Assembly (NCBI RefSeq): GCF_028641065.1 | Contig: NC_073385.1 | Coordinates: 13,454,001-13,518,000, forward strand | Direction of reading: 5' to 3' | Source: Leucoraja erinacea | Lineage: Eukaryota | DNA length: 64,000 nucleotides | Shown: positions 26,101 to 37,800 of the stretch, in pieces | How positions within the stretch are numbered: position 1 is the first letter of the stretch | Layout: each line of letters begins with the position of its first letter | Notes under the pieces: generated by a model | The model's database searches: none | What the model was told of the DNA's origin: nothing | What the model saw: only the letters and a program-made list of their open reading frames with translations | Translations under genes and position numbers: made by a program

Positions 26101-29100
26101 AAAACCTTGCTGTCTGTCAGACTCAAGGATAAGAAAAGATGGGGCAGTCCATATTTCACAGAGGTCTGCGTTTGTTTAATCTATTTTATTGGAATTGTGA
26201 GTAAATTGGGAGACATAAAACTGCGACATATTAAGGAATTTGATCAATATGAAAAAGAGCAGGTAGACAACATTTTAATATAGTTATATATTAAATGAAG
26301 CAATGAAGTAAGGATAGTGAGCAGATTCTGCTGTCAATTGGGAAATTTCAGATGGTATAGAGAGACAGATTTTGGATTGGAAACATTAATGGTCGAAATG
26401 CTCGCAGATGGAGAGAAAGAAAGCAATCTAAATGTGTAAAACACAAAAACAAGGGAAAAAGTGATGCAAGATGCTAGGCACATACAGTCTTGGACACTTT
26501 CATAAGGTATACATCAAGTCAATAATATATAGCATTAAAATAATTATGCTAATAGGGATAGCTTATAATTATGAAAAGTAACGAGATGTTGGGCATTATT
26601 ATACATCAAAATATGAAACAGCGATTTAATTTTTTTTAAAGGCTGACCTTGTTTCCATTGTTGAAGCACAAATGACGATAATTTATTTGGAATATAGTTA
26701 AAAAGTAAAATTGCCCATAAATATACTAATTAATTTTCTTTAGTCATGCTGAGAGAGAGACAAATGGGCCCAAGACCAATATTTAAACTTAAATAGGGCA
26801 TTTACGAGGCCATGAAAGCGAGCATGAGTGATTTATGCATTGCAAAGGAATAGTATCAAACTTGAAGAAAAAACATATAAAATCAGGTGGTAGGTCAGAA
26901 CTTGGGATATCATATAGCAACAAATGACCCAGAAAAATAACGAAGGAAAATGAGAATATGAGATAAAGCTAGTTTAAAATGTAAAAAGGAATTTCTATGG
27001 ATATTTTAAAAAGCGAGTCTTCTCGAGTCTGAGGAATTAATTATGAGAAACAAGAGAACAGATTAATGAAACCGATATTTTGCAATAGTCTTCACAGTAT
27101 TGGATACGTAACATCTCAAAAGTAGCTCTAGATTAGGATTTGGAAAGGAGTGAGAAAAAATAGTTATAGGAACATGATACTGAGCAAATTGTTGGAGCTG
27201 CAAGCTGACAAATCGATGGGATTTTGATGGACCATCCTGGAGCCTTCAAGGTAATACCTAGTGAGATAGTAGATACATCTGTTTTCCTTTACCACAATTC
27301 CCTGGTTTCAGGGAAGATTCTGTTCGATGTGACCCCTTTATTCAAACAGGAATGAGAGTGAGAGAGCAGGCAACTATAGGCCAGTTATTCCAGTATCCAT
27401 CATTAGAAAAATGTTCAAAACTATTGTTAACAGTTGTGTGGCAGGGAATGTAAAAATATTCACAGTAATCAGGCAAACAATTGTGAAAAATAAATCATGT
27501 CAATCTATTTATTGGAGTTTCTTTGAAGCAGAAAGTGCTGTGAATAAAGGGAATTCGATGGATGAACTGCGCTAAGATTTCTGTAAGACATTCGATAGGA
27601 AGCCGTGATGCACAAAATAGCTCATGGTATAGGAAGTAACATTGATAGGATATTGGCGGACTAACTGAAACCAGAGATTAGGCACGATAGGTCTTTTACT
27701 GGTTGTTGGGCAGCACAGCGATAGAGTTGCTGCCTTGCAGCGCCAGAGACCCTGGTTCGATCATGACTACAGGTGCTGTCTGTACGGTGTTTGTACATTC
27801 TTCCTGTGACCTGCGTGTGTTTTCTCCGGGTGCTCCGGATTCTACCCATATTCCAAAGTCGTACAGGTTTGTAAGTTAATTTGTTTTGGTAAAATTGTAA
27901 ATTGTGGAGTGTGCATCCTCCCGAGTGTAGAGGATAGTGCTATTGTACGGGGTGATCAGATGATGGACAGTCTTGGCAGGCTAATAGCCCTGCTCCTAAT
28001 TCATATGTTCATGTAAAGTTGTATTGAAAATGGAATCCAGCTATGATTTAAATTTGTACAAGATGCCATGAAATTTGGAACAATCACATGGTTTCAAGGT
28101 GAGACTGGTATGGATTAGATGACCTGTTGAGTATTTCACTGTTCCGTTATTTCAAATTTTTAACAGCTGCGGTATTCTTTTTGGATTTAAAACAGAAAAA
28201 TACTCAGATGAAGTGGCATTCGAGAGAAAAAGCAGTTATTGTTCCAAAGGCATAAAACTGATTTCAAAGATTTGCAGAAAAGTCAGTAAATTAGTTAGTA
28301 ATATTCATTAATTCAACTTCATATTACAGGACAAGGAGAATGGATTTCACAAAGGATTCTGTTGGGTTGCCTTCAGTACAGAAGAAGGGCTTGAAAATGT
28401 GCTACAGAAGGAAGTGCATCTCATTGAAGGCACAAAGGTAATAAAAAAAAGCCGCTTTCTTTTTTCATAAGTGATCGGAGCAGACCACACTGCCATTCAA
28501 TCATGGCTGATCCATCTCTCCCTCCTAACCCCATTTTCCTGCCTTCTCTCCATAACCTCTGACACCTGTACTAATCAAGAATCTATCTATCTCTGCTTTA
28601 AAAATATCCATTGACTTGGCCTCCACAGCCTTCTGTGGCAAAGAATTCCAGATTCAACATCCTCTGACTAAAGAAATTCCTCGTCATCTCCTTCCTAAAG
28701 GCTCTTCCTTTAATTCTGAGGCAATGACCTCTGGTCCTAGACTCTCCCACTCGTGGAGACATCCTCTCCACATCCACTCTATCCAGGCCTTTCACTATTC
28801 AAAGGTAGGGGTGCGCCAAACTTTCTTGACATTTAAAAGAATCACTACATGTATAACTACAATGTCTTCAGTCTCTGGCTGCTAGTGTGTGACTGCTGTA
28901 CAATAACTTGCAGTAAAGGTGGCATTAAGAGACCAAAAGATAATGGTAATGAAGTACATAGTTTTGATCCTCAAGGAGCTATAGTAAAACTTCACTGATG
29001 TGCTACACAAGACTTGGGTGCGGCAGGATTGACATATAGATACTTTATAATCGCACGTACCGTGAAGGTATAGTGAAATTCTTTGTTTTTGCATACACGG

Positions 29101-31392
29101 TACACAAAAGAGGCACCACAAGGCGCAATGTTTAGTTTACGAAGGTTCAGTGAAAAGCTTTTGTTGCGTGCTAACCAGTTAGCAGAAAAACAATCCATGA
29201 TTACAATCAATCCATTTACAGTGTATAGATACATAAGGGAATAACATTTAGCGCAAGGTAAAGCCAGCAAAGTCCATCCAAGGATAGTCCGAGGGTCACC
29301 GAAGAGGTAGATAGTATTTCAGCACTGCTCTCTGGTTGTGGTAGGATGATTCAGTTGCCTGATAACAGCTGGGAAGAAACTGTCCCTGAATCTGGTGTGT
29401 TGTTACATAACATTCCCCTTCTTCAACTCCCACCCACATCACAGGTCCCTCTTGTTCTCAACTGCCCCCCACTGTTCCGTGACTCCGGCCTCATGTCCCT
29501 ACTCGTTCTTGGTTAATGCAGGTGGCTCAGGCCTGAGTTTGAAATCAGCGGTGTGCGAGCCAACCAGTAGGTCCTCCGTCAATGGTCCATGGACTGAGTT
29601 TATCTGTACTGCAGGGTATTACTCTAATACCCCAACACCCTTTTGTTAAGTGAGCAAAGTTACATTGCTCCAGTGAACAGTTTAAGGGCCCCATTGAGCC
29701 AGATGCTGAATTGCCAGGATTTCCTGAGCTACATACCAGATTATCAGTTTGACTTTATTTTCAATGGAAGCAGTGTGGAACAGATTCAGTAGATTTGATT
29801 TCTGGGACGAAATTGTTAATGTATGAAGCAAGAGGGAACAGGTTGGGTCGACACCAAACCAAAATAGGTGGAAGGGAAGGTAGTGTAGAGAAAGCAGGGA
29901 CTCTGCAGAAGGACTTGACAGGTTGGAGAGGGCAGAGAAGTTGCAGATGGAATATAGTGTGGCAAAGTGAGTCATGTATTTTGGTAGTAGGAATAAAGGT
30001 GTAGACTAAATGGGGAGAGAATCCAGAAATCAGAGGTGAAAAGGATCTTGTAAGTGCTGGTGCATGATTCCCAAAAAGTTAATCTGCAAGTCGAATCGGT
30101 AAAGAAAAAAAACTCAATGCGAGCATTCAGGTCAAGATGGCTTGTATACAAAAACAGGGATGTAATGCTGAGACTCTATAAGGTCACATTTGGAATATTG
30201 TGAGCAATTTTGGGCACCATATCTGAGGAAGCATATGCTGACTCTGGAGAGGGTCCAGAGGAGGTTTACAAGAATCCCAGGAATGAGTAGGTTAACCTAT
30301 GATGAGCATTTGTCAGCACTGGGCCTGTACTCGCTAGAGTTTAAAAGAATGAGTGGGAGAACCTCATTGAAACATACAGAATTGTTAAAGGCTTGGATAG
30401 AGTGGATGTTTCCACCAGTGGGAGCTTCTAGGACTAGAGGGACATAGCCTCAGAATTAAAGGATGTCCTTTTAGGAAGAAAATTAGGAATTTTCTTTAGT
30501 CAAAGGGTGGTGAATATGTGGAATTCTTTGCCACAGAAGGCTGTGGAGGCAAGGTCAGTGGATATAGATTCTTGATTAGTACAGGTGTCAGATGTTATGG
30601 GGAGAAGGCAGGAGAATGGAGTTAGGAGGGATAGATCAGCCATGATAGAATGGCAGAGTAGATTTGATGGGTCAAATGGCCTAATTCTACTCCCATCACC
30701 TATGATCGTATGGCACAGTGGAGTTGAGGGGTAGTTATTTTATTGAATCAAAAGATTCCGCAGAGATGTCTCCCTTCCTGAGTGTATCTAGAACCAGGGC
30801 CTGGAGATGTGGAAGAATTAAAGTTTTAGTTTGATGGAGTATTCTACCTCAACTGTGGAGTCAAGGAAACAGAGAGACAGCAGGAGAATGGTGTTGAAGC
30901 TAGATTGTGGCAGCTATTATCTCACTGTACGATGGAGCAAGTGGAGGATTCACTCTTATTTGTTCTGTAAGAGTAATGTGGTCACAGTGTGTTTAAATAG
31001 CATCCTTGTATTCTCACCTAACACTGCCAAATTAACCTTGGTCTGAAAATAAATCCACATAAGGCACAAGAAAGTTTGCTTTATTTTAAAAAAGAACAAA
31101 TGCATTACCAAGTGGTAACACCACCAAACCTATAATACAGCGGCAAAGTTCAGCAAAGACCCTCTAACCACCAGGTGCTGCCAGCAACCAACTACCTGGC
31201 TTACATTCAGACAGTTTTGTTACAATTTACAGCAACACAGTTCCATGGGGATAATGTTGGTATTACATTAAAGCAAAACTAGAAATTGAATAACTCATTA
31301 AAAATTTATTCTCTTCACAGCTTCAAGTTCAGAGAAACAGAAAATTATTCCAAGGACAAAGAGCAAACAGAATCACTGAATCAGCTCATTGA
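23085..31392 (+). CDS. SLIRP: SRA stem-loop interacting RNA-binding protein (single RRM, LRPPRC partner), complete, 4 exons, 106 aa
   Basis: Exons 23085-23166, 25905-25963, 28330-28437 and 31321-31392 sum to 321 nt. Product [109 protein letters not shown]2/RNP1-like motifs IFVSRV and KGFCWVAF; AATAAA at 31441. Confidence 0.95.
23310..23730 (+). mobile_element. CR1 LINE 3' fragment
   Basis: Similar to copies at 28470-28800 (minus), 30300-30710 and 51445-51915. Confidence 0.8.
25905..25963 (+). CDS. SLIRP: SLIRP exon 2
   Basis: tttttgcag|[20 protein letters not shown]|gtaagt. Confidence 0.92.
26300..27700 (+). mobile_element. Old degenerate CR1-like LINE fragment
   Basis: Decayed NYRPV- and DF.K.FD-like remnants near 27370-27600. 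Confidence 0.55.
27708..27960 (+). mobile_element. V-type SINE inserted in a CR1 remnant
   Basis: gggcagcacagcgatagagttgctgcc...ggttcgatc...gttttctccgggtgctccgg. Confidence 0.75.
28330..28437 (+). CDS. SLIRP: SLIRP exon 3
   Basis: ttacag|[36 protein letters not shown]|gtaata. Confidence 0.93.
28470..28800 (-). mobile_element. CR1 LINE 3' fragment
   Basis: [11 protein letters not shown]...SRTRGH.LRIKG...FFSQR. Confidence 0.8.
29850..30710 (+). mobile_element. CR1 LINE 3' fragment
   Basis: [23 protein letters not shown] and LGLYSLEF. Confidence 0.85.
31321..31392 (+). CDS. SLIRP: SLIRP exon 4 (coding part)
   Basis: ctcttcacag|[23 protein letters not shown], followed by AATAAA at 31441-31446. 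Confidence 0.85.
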   Translation, partial: LQVQRNRKLFQGQRANRITESAH

Positions 31393-31440
31393 TACCAAGT
31401 ATGGAGGATGTAGCTCAATATGTTTGACTTAAAGTTGGTG

Positions 31441-31446
31441 AATAAA
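31441..31446 (+). terminator. SLIRP polyadenylation signal
   Basis: AATAAA 48 nt after the stop codon, with T/GT-rich sequence downstream. Confidence 0.75.
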
Positions 31447-31683
31447 CAGTTGTGATGTTTAAAATCTCCTGTTTCATTTCTCGGGCACTTATGCTAGCTT
31501 AATTAGAAAATGAGTAGATTGTTTTACTTTACGGGAACGTCACTGTAAATGAAGTTCACACAAGGAAACTCTGTTTCCAAGATGTGTTCTATCCATAATG
31601 TACAGTAAGTCCATGCAGAAACAAATGCTAGAGATACTGATTTGATCTAAATGGTTAAAACGTGGTATTAGAAAAAGTTCCAT

Positions 31684-31885
31684 CTATTCCTTTCTTCGCT
31701 TCTTTCCTTCATGTTCATATTCTTTTGAACGACCACTTTCAGGCCTCTTTGAGCCACCGTGTTGCTTGGCTTCCTCCAAGAACTTATCCAGCCCAAAGGG
31801 ATCTTCTTCGTCCCTCTCAAACTGAACAGGGCCGTCACGGCGCTGCTTACGGTCTGTACCAGAAAATTCTCTGTCGGGGACAAAC
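31684..31885 (-). CDS. SNW1: SNW1 exon 14 (coding part)
   Basis: [44 protein letters not shown]...GKKRRKE*. Confidence 0.95.
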
Positions 31886-34800
31886 CTGAGAAAAAACACA
31901 ACATTTCATTGCTATCATGTGGAGCAAAAAAAAACAACTAATTTTACATAAGTGGTTCAGCCAGTGTCAGCGAATGGAATTCAAGAAATGAAGATTTTTA
32001 TTAAACCTATTTACTGAAGCTACTTTTGCAACTACCATCATTTACAGGTGTGCAGGAAAGAACTGCAGATACTGGTTTAAATCGAAGGTGGACACAAAAT
32101 GCGGGAGTCACTCAGCGGGACAGGCAGCATCTCTGATCTTCAGAAGACTGAAGAAGGGTCTCGACCCGAAACGTCACCCATTCCATCTCTCCAGAGATGC
32201 TGCCTGTCCCGCTGAGTTACTCCAGCATTTTGTGTCTATCTACCATCATTTACATCCATTCTGCAAAATGGAAGAGATATATACATGTTATATGTTTACA
32301 AATGTTTTAGAAAATGTTTCACTGTCACAACCTTAATTGTCCTTGATGCCCATTTCCAAAATAGCAGCGACTTGTATTCAAGGCAATCTATAACAGCACT
32401 AGTCCCGAGATTCTCACAAAAAAGATACGTTTATGAGCTAGAAAAATGCCTGGTTAGAGCTGATTCTAATGGAGAAGAAGTGACCCAAATGTTAACTCTC
32501 TCTCTCTCCATGGATGGTATCTGACTTGTTTTTTGTTAAAGGGAGAATTCCAGGTCTTAATGGCAAGGTAGCTACTGCAGGTAGACATTCAAAGCTGAAT
32601 GACTGAGAATTAGAGGAACACAGATATCGCAAAGAGTTGAAGATGATTCACAGGTGGCCTTGTTTTGGATGATTTTGAGTTTAGTGAGTAGAACAAGGGA
32701 GTATGTCACAACACACATGAAAAGTAGCAGGGAAAATAAAACTAGGTTAACTCACCGGTTATTTTTCATAAATGTTTCCAATTCATCGTCATAAGTGTCT
32801 TTATCAGCGTTCTTGGTAGGTCTGTATACATTTTGTGCCAAGTCTTTGCCAGCCCTCCAAGGCTGGTCATAAACATTGTAAAGTTCATCCTCTCCTCCTG
32901 CAAAGCCACTGTCCATGCCCTGCCATTATAAAAACATAATTCAGGTGAGCTTTGATTACTACTCACCAGTGGTTTATTCATAAAAGATTTAGGAATGAGG
33001 TAGACTATTGCGTAATTCACAGTTCTACCATTCCTTTATAATGATCACACTGTGTTACCTTGTTCTGGTTGAAGAGTCTTTGGTCATACTGCAGTTCAGT
33101 TGATACACGTTACTGAGTTCAGTTGGTTTGGTACACCCAATGCAATCAGCTCGCTGATATCTCGTTCCTGGTCCTTCTGCACTTTGGACCTGGTATTCAA
33201 GCAAGTTTAATTACTTATACTTTGAATTCATATGCCACCATCAAACCTGTGCAAAAGCCCATGTTGTAGGGCACAGTCTACTTAAACATCTTTAATTGTT
33301 CACACTTCAAAGTTGCTTCTTAGTTGGAAAGAACTTCAGAACGTACCGAAGATGTATAGAAATGTAGAATTGTTACACAGTAGGAGGAAATCATTTGGCT
33401 CAAGTATCCGGCAAATACTTAGGAGGACTAGGGAGAACAAGTTTAATTTTCCTTAACACCTGACAGCTTTACAAGTTGCTGACTCATGCACCTCTCCTCG
33501 TCTCCACAAGCATTGTGTGGTGATTACTTCCACCAGATGCTATTATAGACAGAGCCTGCCACAGGTAAGCTGGCGAAGCCAAGGTTGAATGGATTTATCC
33601 CTCAACTCTCTGTTGGCCACAGACCAAATTTGGCAGATATATCCTACAGGCATTATAGGCATTCATAGCCACTCTTGTTGCCATTAAAAAAATGAGGAAT
33701 GTACCAAGAGCACCAAATGTACCCTGGCTGGAAGACTTTCAAAAGTGTTGTTCAATATGGAGGAGCACAGAACGATACATCAACTGAGGAAGAACAGTAG
33801 ACGATCAGATCAGGCAAGTATGACAAATTTAGTCTGGAGTAAAGGTTTTTATGACAATCCGGTGGATTTGAAGTCATTAACAATAATCAGACATTTCACA
33901 GTTGCATTGGCGATGTTTTTTCTCAGACTTTGGATTACTTGATCAACTTTGTGCCACCACCATGAAAGGTAATTCAAAGTTTTAAAAAAGTGATGAGTTC
34001 CAGGCCACAAGTCAAAGGGATATTGAGGAGAGGACTTTTACATGCCACTCTATAAATTCCAAAGACGTACAGGGTTGTAGGCCAATTTGCTTGGTGTAAT
34101 TGTAAATTGTCCCCAGTGTGTGTAGGATAATGTAAGTGCGAGGATCGCTGGTCGGCGCGGACTCGGTGAGCCGAAGAGCCTGTTTCTGCGCTGTATATCT
34201 AAACTAAACAATAGTGACTAACTCACAGGTTCTGACTTTTCTCACAGGTTATTAATGTGACAAACCTCTTATCTGGAGCTGCACGGGCAAGATTGCGATC
34301 ATGTTGTCGATCTTTCCGTCTTTCATGTCTAATTTCATCCCGTTCCCTTGTTTCATTTTCATCTGTGGAGATAAAAAAACGCATTATACGATTTCTAAAT
34401 CATAAAAGTATTGTTAAACTGTCTGTAAACACTGAAGAACAGTATTTTACATTGAATAACATGACTTCAGACACAGTTTAATTCCCCTTCCCATTCCAAC
34501 ACTGACCTTTCAGCAAATTGGAGGAACAACACTTCATATTTCGCTTGGGCAACTTACACCACAGTGGCATGAACATTGCCTTCTCTAACCAAGTTGCCTT
34601 TGCTTTCCCTCTCACTCCATCCCCTCCCCTTTCCCAGTTCTCCCACCAGTCTTACTGTCTCCAACTACATTTTATCTCTGTACAACCCAGTCCTGACCAG
34701 TCTGAAGAAGGGTCTCGACCCGAAACATCACCCATTCCTTCTCTCCAGAGATGCTGAGGCCTGCTGAGTTACTCCAGCAATTTGTGTCTCACTTCACATA

Positions 34801-37800
34801 GTTATTCTGTCAACATTGTAGTACTAATTAACGTTCAAAGTAAAATAATGAAAAAAGGCCTGCATTTGTTGCATTAAGTTTTTTTAATTTGTAACTTCCT
34901 TAAGGAAATGTACGTTTAAAAAATAACGTGCCACCAAGCATTTTCCTAATAGCAACATCACTGTTGCAGTGTAACGTGAATTCAGTCAGTCACCTACACA
35001 CAACCTAATCACAGCTGCGACAGTGGGGTCCACAGCCAGAGGTCATATGTTCATAAGTTCGAGGAGCAGAATTAGGTCAGTTGGCCCATCAAGTTAATTA
35101 AGGGACAGAAGTTTAGGGGTAATATGAGGGGGAACTTCTTTACTCAGAGAGTGGTAGCGGTGTGGAATGAGCTTCCAGTGGAAGTGGTGGAGGCAGGTTC
35201 ATTGGTATCATTTAAAAATAAACTGGATAGGCATATGGATGAGAAGGGAATGGAGGGTTATGGTATGAGTGCAGGCAGGTGGGACTAAGGGGAAAAAACA
35301 TTTGTTCGGCACGGACTTGTAGGGCCGAGATGGCCTGTTTCCGTGCTGTAATTGTTATATGGTTAAGTCTACTCCACCATTCAGTCAAGGCTGAGCTTTA
35401 TTTCCCTTCCAATCCCATTCTCCTGCCTTCTCCCCATAACCCAACACTCATACTAAGCAAGAATATCCGCCCTAAAAATATCTATTGGCCTCCAGTTTTC
35501 TATGGTAATAAATTCCACAGATTCACCACCCTCTGACAAAAGAAATTCCTCCTCATCTCCTTTCTAAAGGTACGTCCTTTTATTCTGAGGCCGTGACCTC
35601 TGGTCCGAGACTCGCCCACTAGTGGAAATATCCTCTCCACATCCACTCTATCCCGATCTTTCACCATTCGGTTAGTTTGAATGAGGCCCCTAATCATCCT
35701 TCTAAACGCCAGCGAGTACAGGCCCAGTGCTGTCAAACGCTCATCATATGTTAACTAATCATTCCTGGGATCATTCTCGTAAACCTCTGGATCCTTCCTC
35801 AGATAGTTTTCGTGAGTGGAGCCAAAAGAGGTGATAATAAATGCAATCCCATTTCCTCACATCCTATTTACTGTTTTAGTAATTGCCTGGAGCAGTTTCC
35901 TCAATTTCTTTCCAAAGATGCAATTTGAAGAAAATCTCTGCATCGAATTGCCTGAGAACCCAAAAAGCTTCCAAAATAAAGTCAGACTCATACTTTTGAA
36001 AATATTTAAATTAATTGAATGTGGTAACCATCCGTTTTTACAAAACATTAAAAAAATTGTTATGTGGCGGTGCTTCTGGCTTTGGTATGTTTAACGATGA
36101 GTGGAGCCAGGGAGTTAAAAGGGATTTAAACACAAGCCACTTTATTTGAAAATAACTCGATGTGTCAAGTGCTGAGATTTGAGTGGTGCAATGCGAGTGG
36201 GAAGGGAGTGGAGAAACGGGGTCCCGATCAGCAGGAAGGGAGCACACAATCCATTATCTGGTAAACCATCAGGGCTTCCAAATGGTTGGATTATTGGAGA
36301 TTTACCTTACATAAGATGTCCTTGCAAGTCCCTCCTACCTTTTTCTATGTGAGTCTTGATGCCAGCTCTTCTTTCCCTGGCAATCTGAGCCAATTCTCGA
36401 AGTTTCTCTTCCTTCTTTTCTTTCTCTTTTTGAGCCATTTTCCTTTCAACTTGTGCTCGCATCTCGACGGCTTCACGGGCCTAAGTACACAGCACAGGTT
36501 AATGAAGTAGGATTGTCTTATTGGAGTTGAACGTCCAAAAAAAGCAAATGGAGAAATAAAAAAAACTATGCTGCATTTTGCAACTTTACAAATAAAAGTT
36601 TAGGACGATACCTTTCTGTCTGCAATATAAAGAGCCTCTGCAAGTTTAGCAAAGTTTTCATTGATGTGAACTGTTTGAAGTCCCCGCCCATCGGCAGCCA
36701 GGCGCTTGTCCAATGGAATGGTGTAACCCTGGAATACAGAACACAATCACACTATAAAGAGCAGCAAGCTAGGGACATTTGCAAGCCAAAGTCATGGGCA
36801 ATGCAAAGCCTTAAACAACAAAACAAAATGCAGATAATTAATTCAGGAATCTTCATTTAACTCACTGATTACATACAGAGGGCAGCTGATTCATGACCTC
36901 AGACCTACTTTGTTGATTCTGTTAATCAGATCAAGATCTATTAAGAACTAAAGTTGCTGAAGCTTCATCTGCAAGTCTACATCTTCTTGACTATTGATTT
37001 CAACAAATTACAATCAATTAGGGAATTATCAGGTGTCAAGTTTTTTTTAAACTCAGCAGCCAGGAAAAACAATGAAAGCATAGTACACGTGTAATTAAAA
37101 AAGTTATGGTGAAAACATTTATTGCAATTCTCAATTTTCTTTATATGCGCCTGAAGATGAAGTATCAGCAAATTCAGGAACATTGATCCGGTGCTATTTG
37201 AATGTAATGCTAAGAACATTCTCCCCAGGGCCATATTCAGTTAAGAAATGAATTCAATTTACACTGAGATTTTAACAGATCACTCCCACTTCCAATGAAT
37301 TTCTTCATGTAAGAAGATAGGCTAAGGTTCGGATTTCCACTGCCAGAGCTGGAGCTTCACATCCTGCCACTTGATACACCTTATCCAACTATGCACTGAT
37401 CACACGCCTTGTGCACATGCCTGGATGGTTGGCTGAGGTCAGGCTAAACTTGAGACAACGGTCAGGGACACAAACGGATATGGATCAATTCAGACGCGAG
37501 TCAAGGAGGGAAATTGAGAAGAGGTTGTGACCTCCATCGAGTGTCACACTCTCCTGTTCCCTTTGTGTTGCAGTTGAAGTATCTTGGGCTCTTTAAACTA
37601 CTACATTTTTTCAAACGACAATGCCACTATCCCATACTATTATCCAACCAATAAAACAAAAACAATCACCAGACTGACTATTAAAAAAAAAAAAAAAAAA
37701 AAATTTATTCAAGTTTTTACAATACTAAATAATTCAAAACAAAATCCACCACCATAGTACAGGTAAAACAAATATTCTTAAATAATATTTTTCCATCCTT

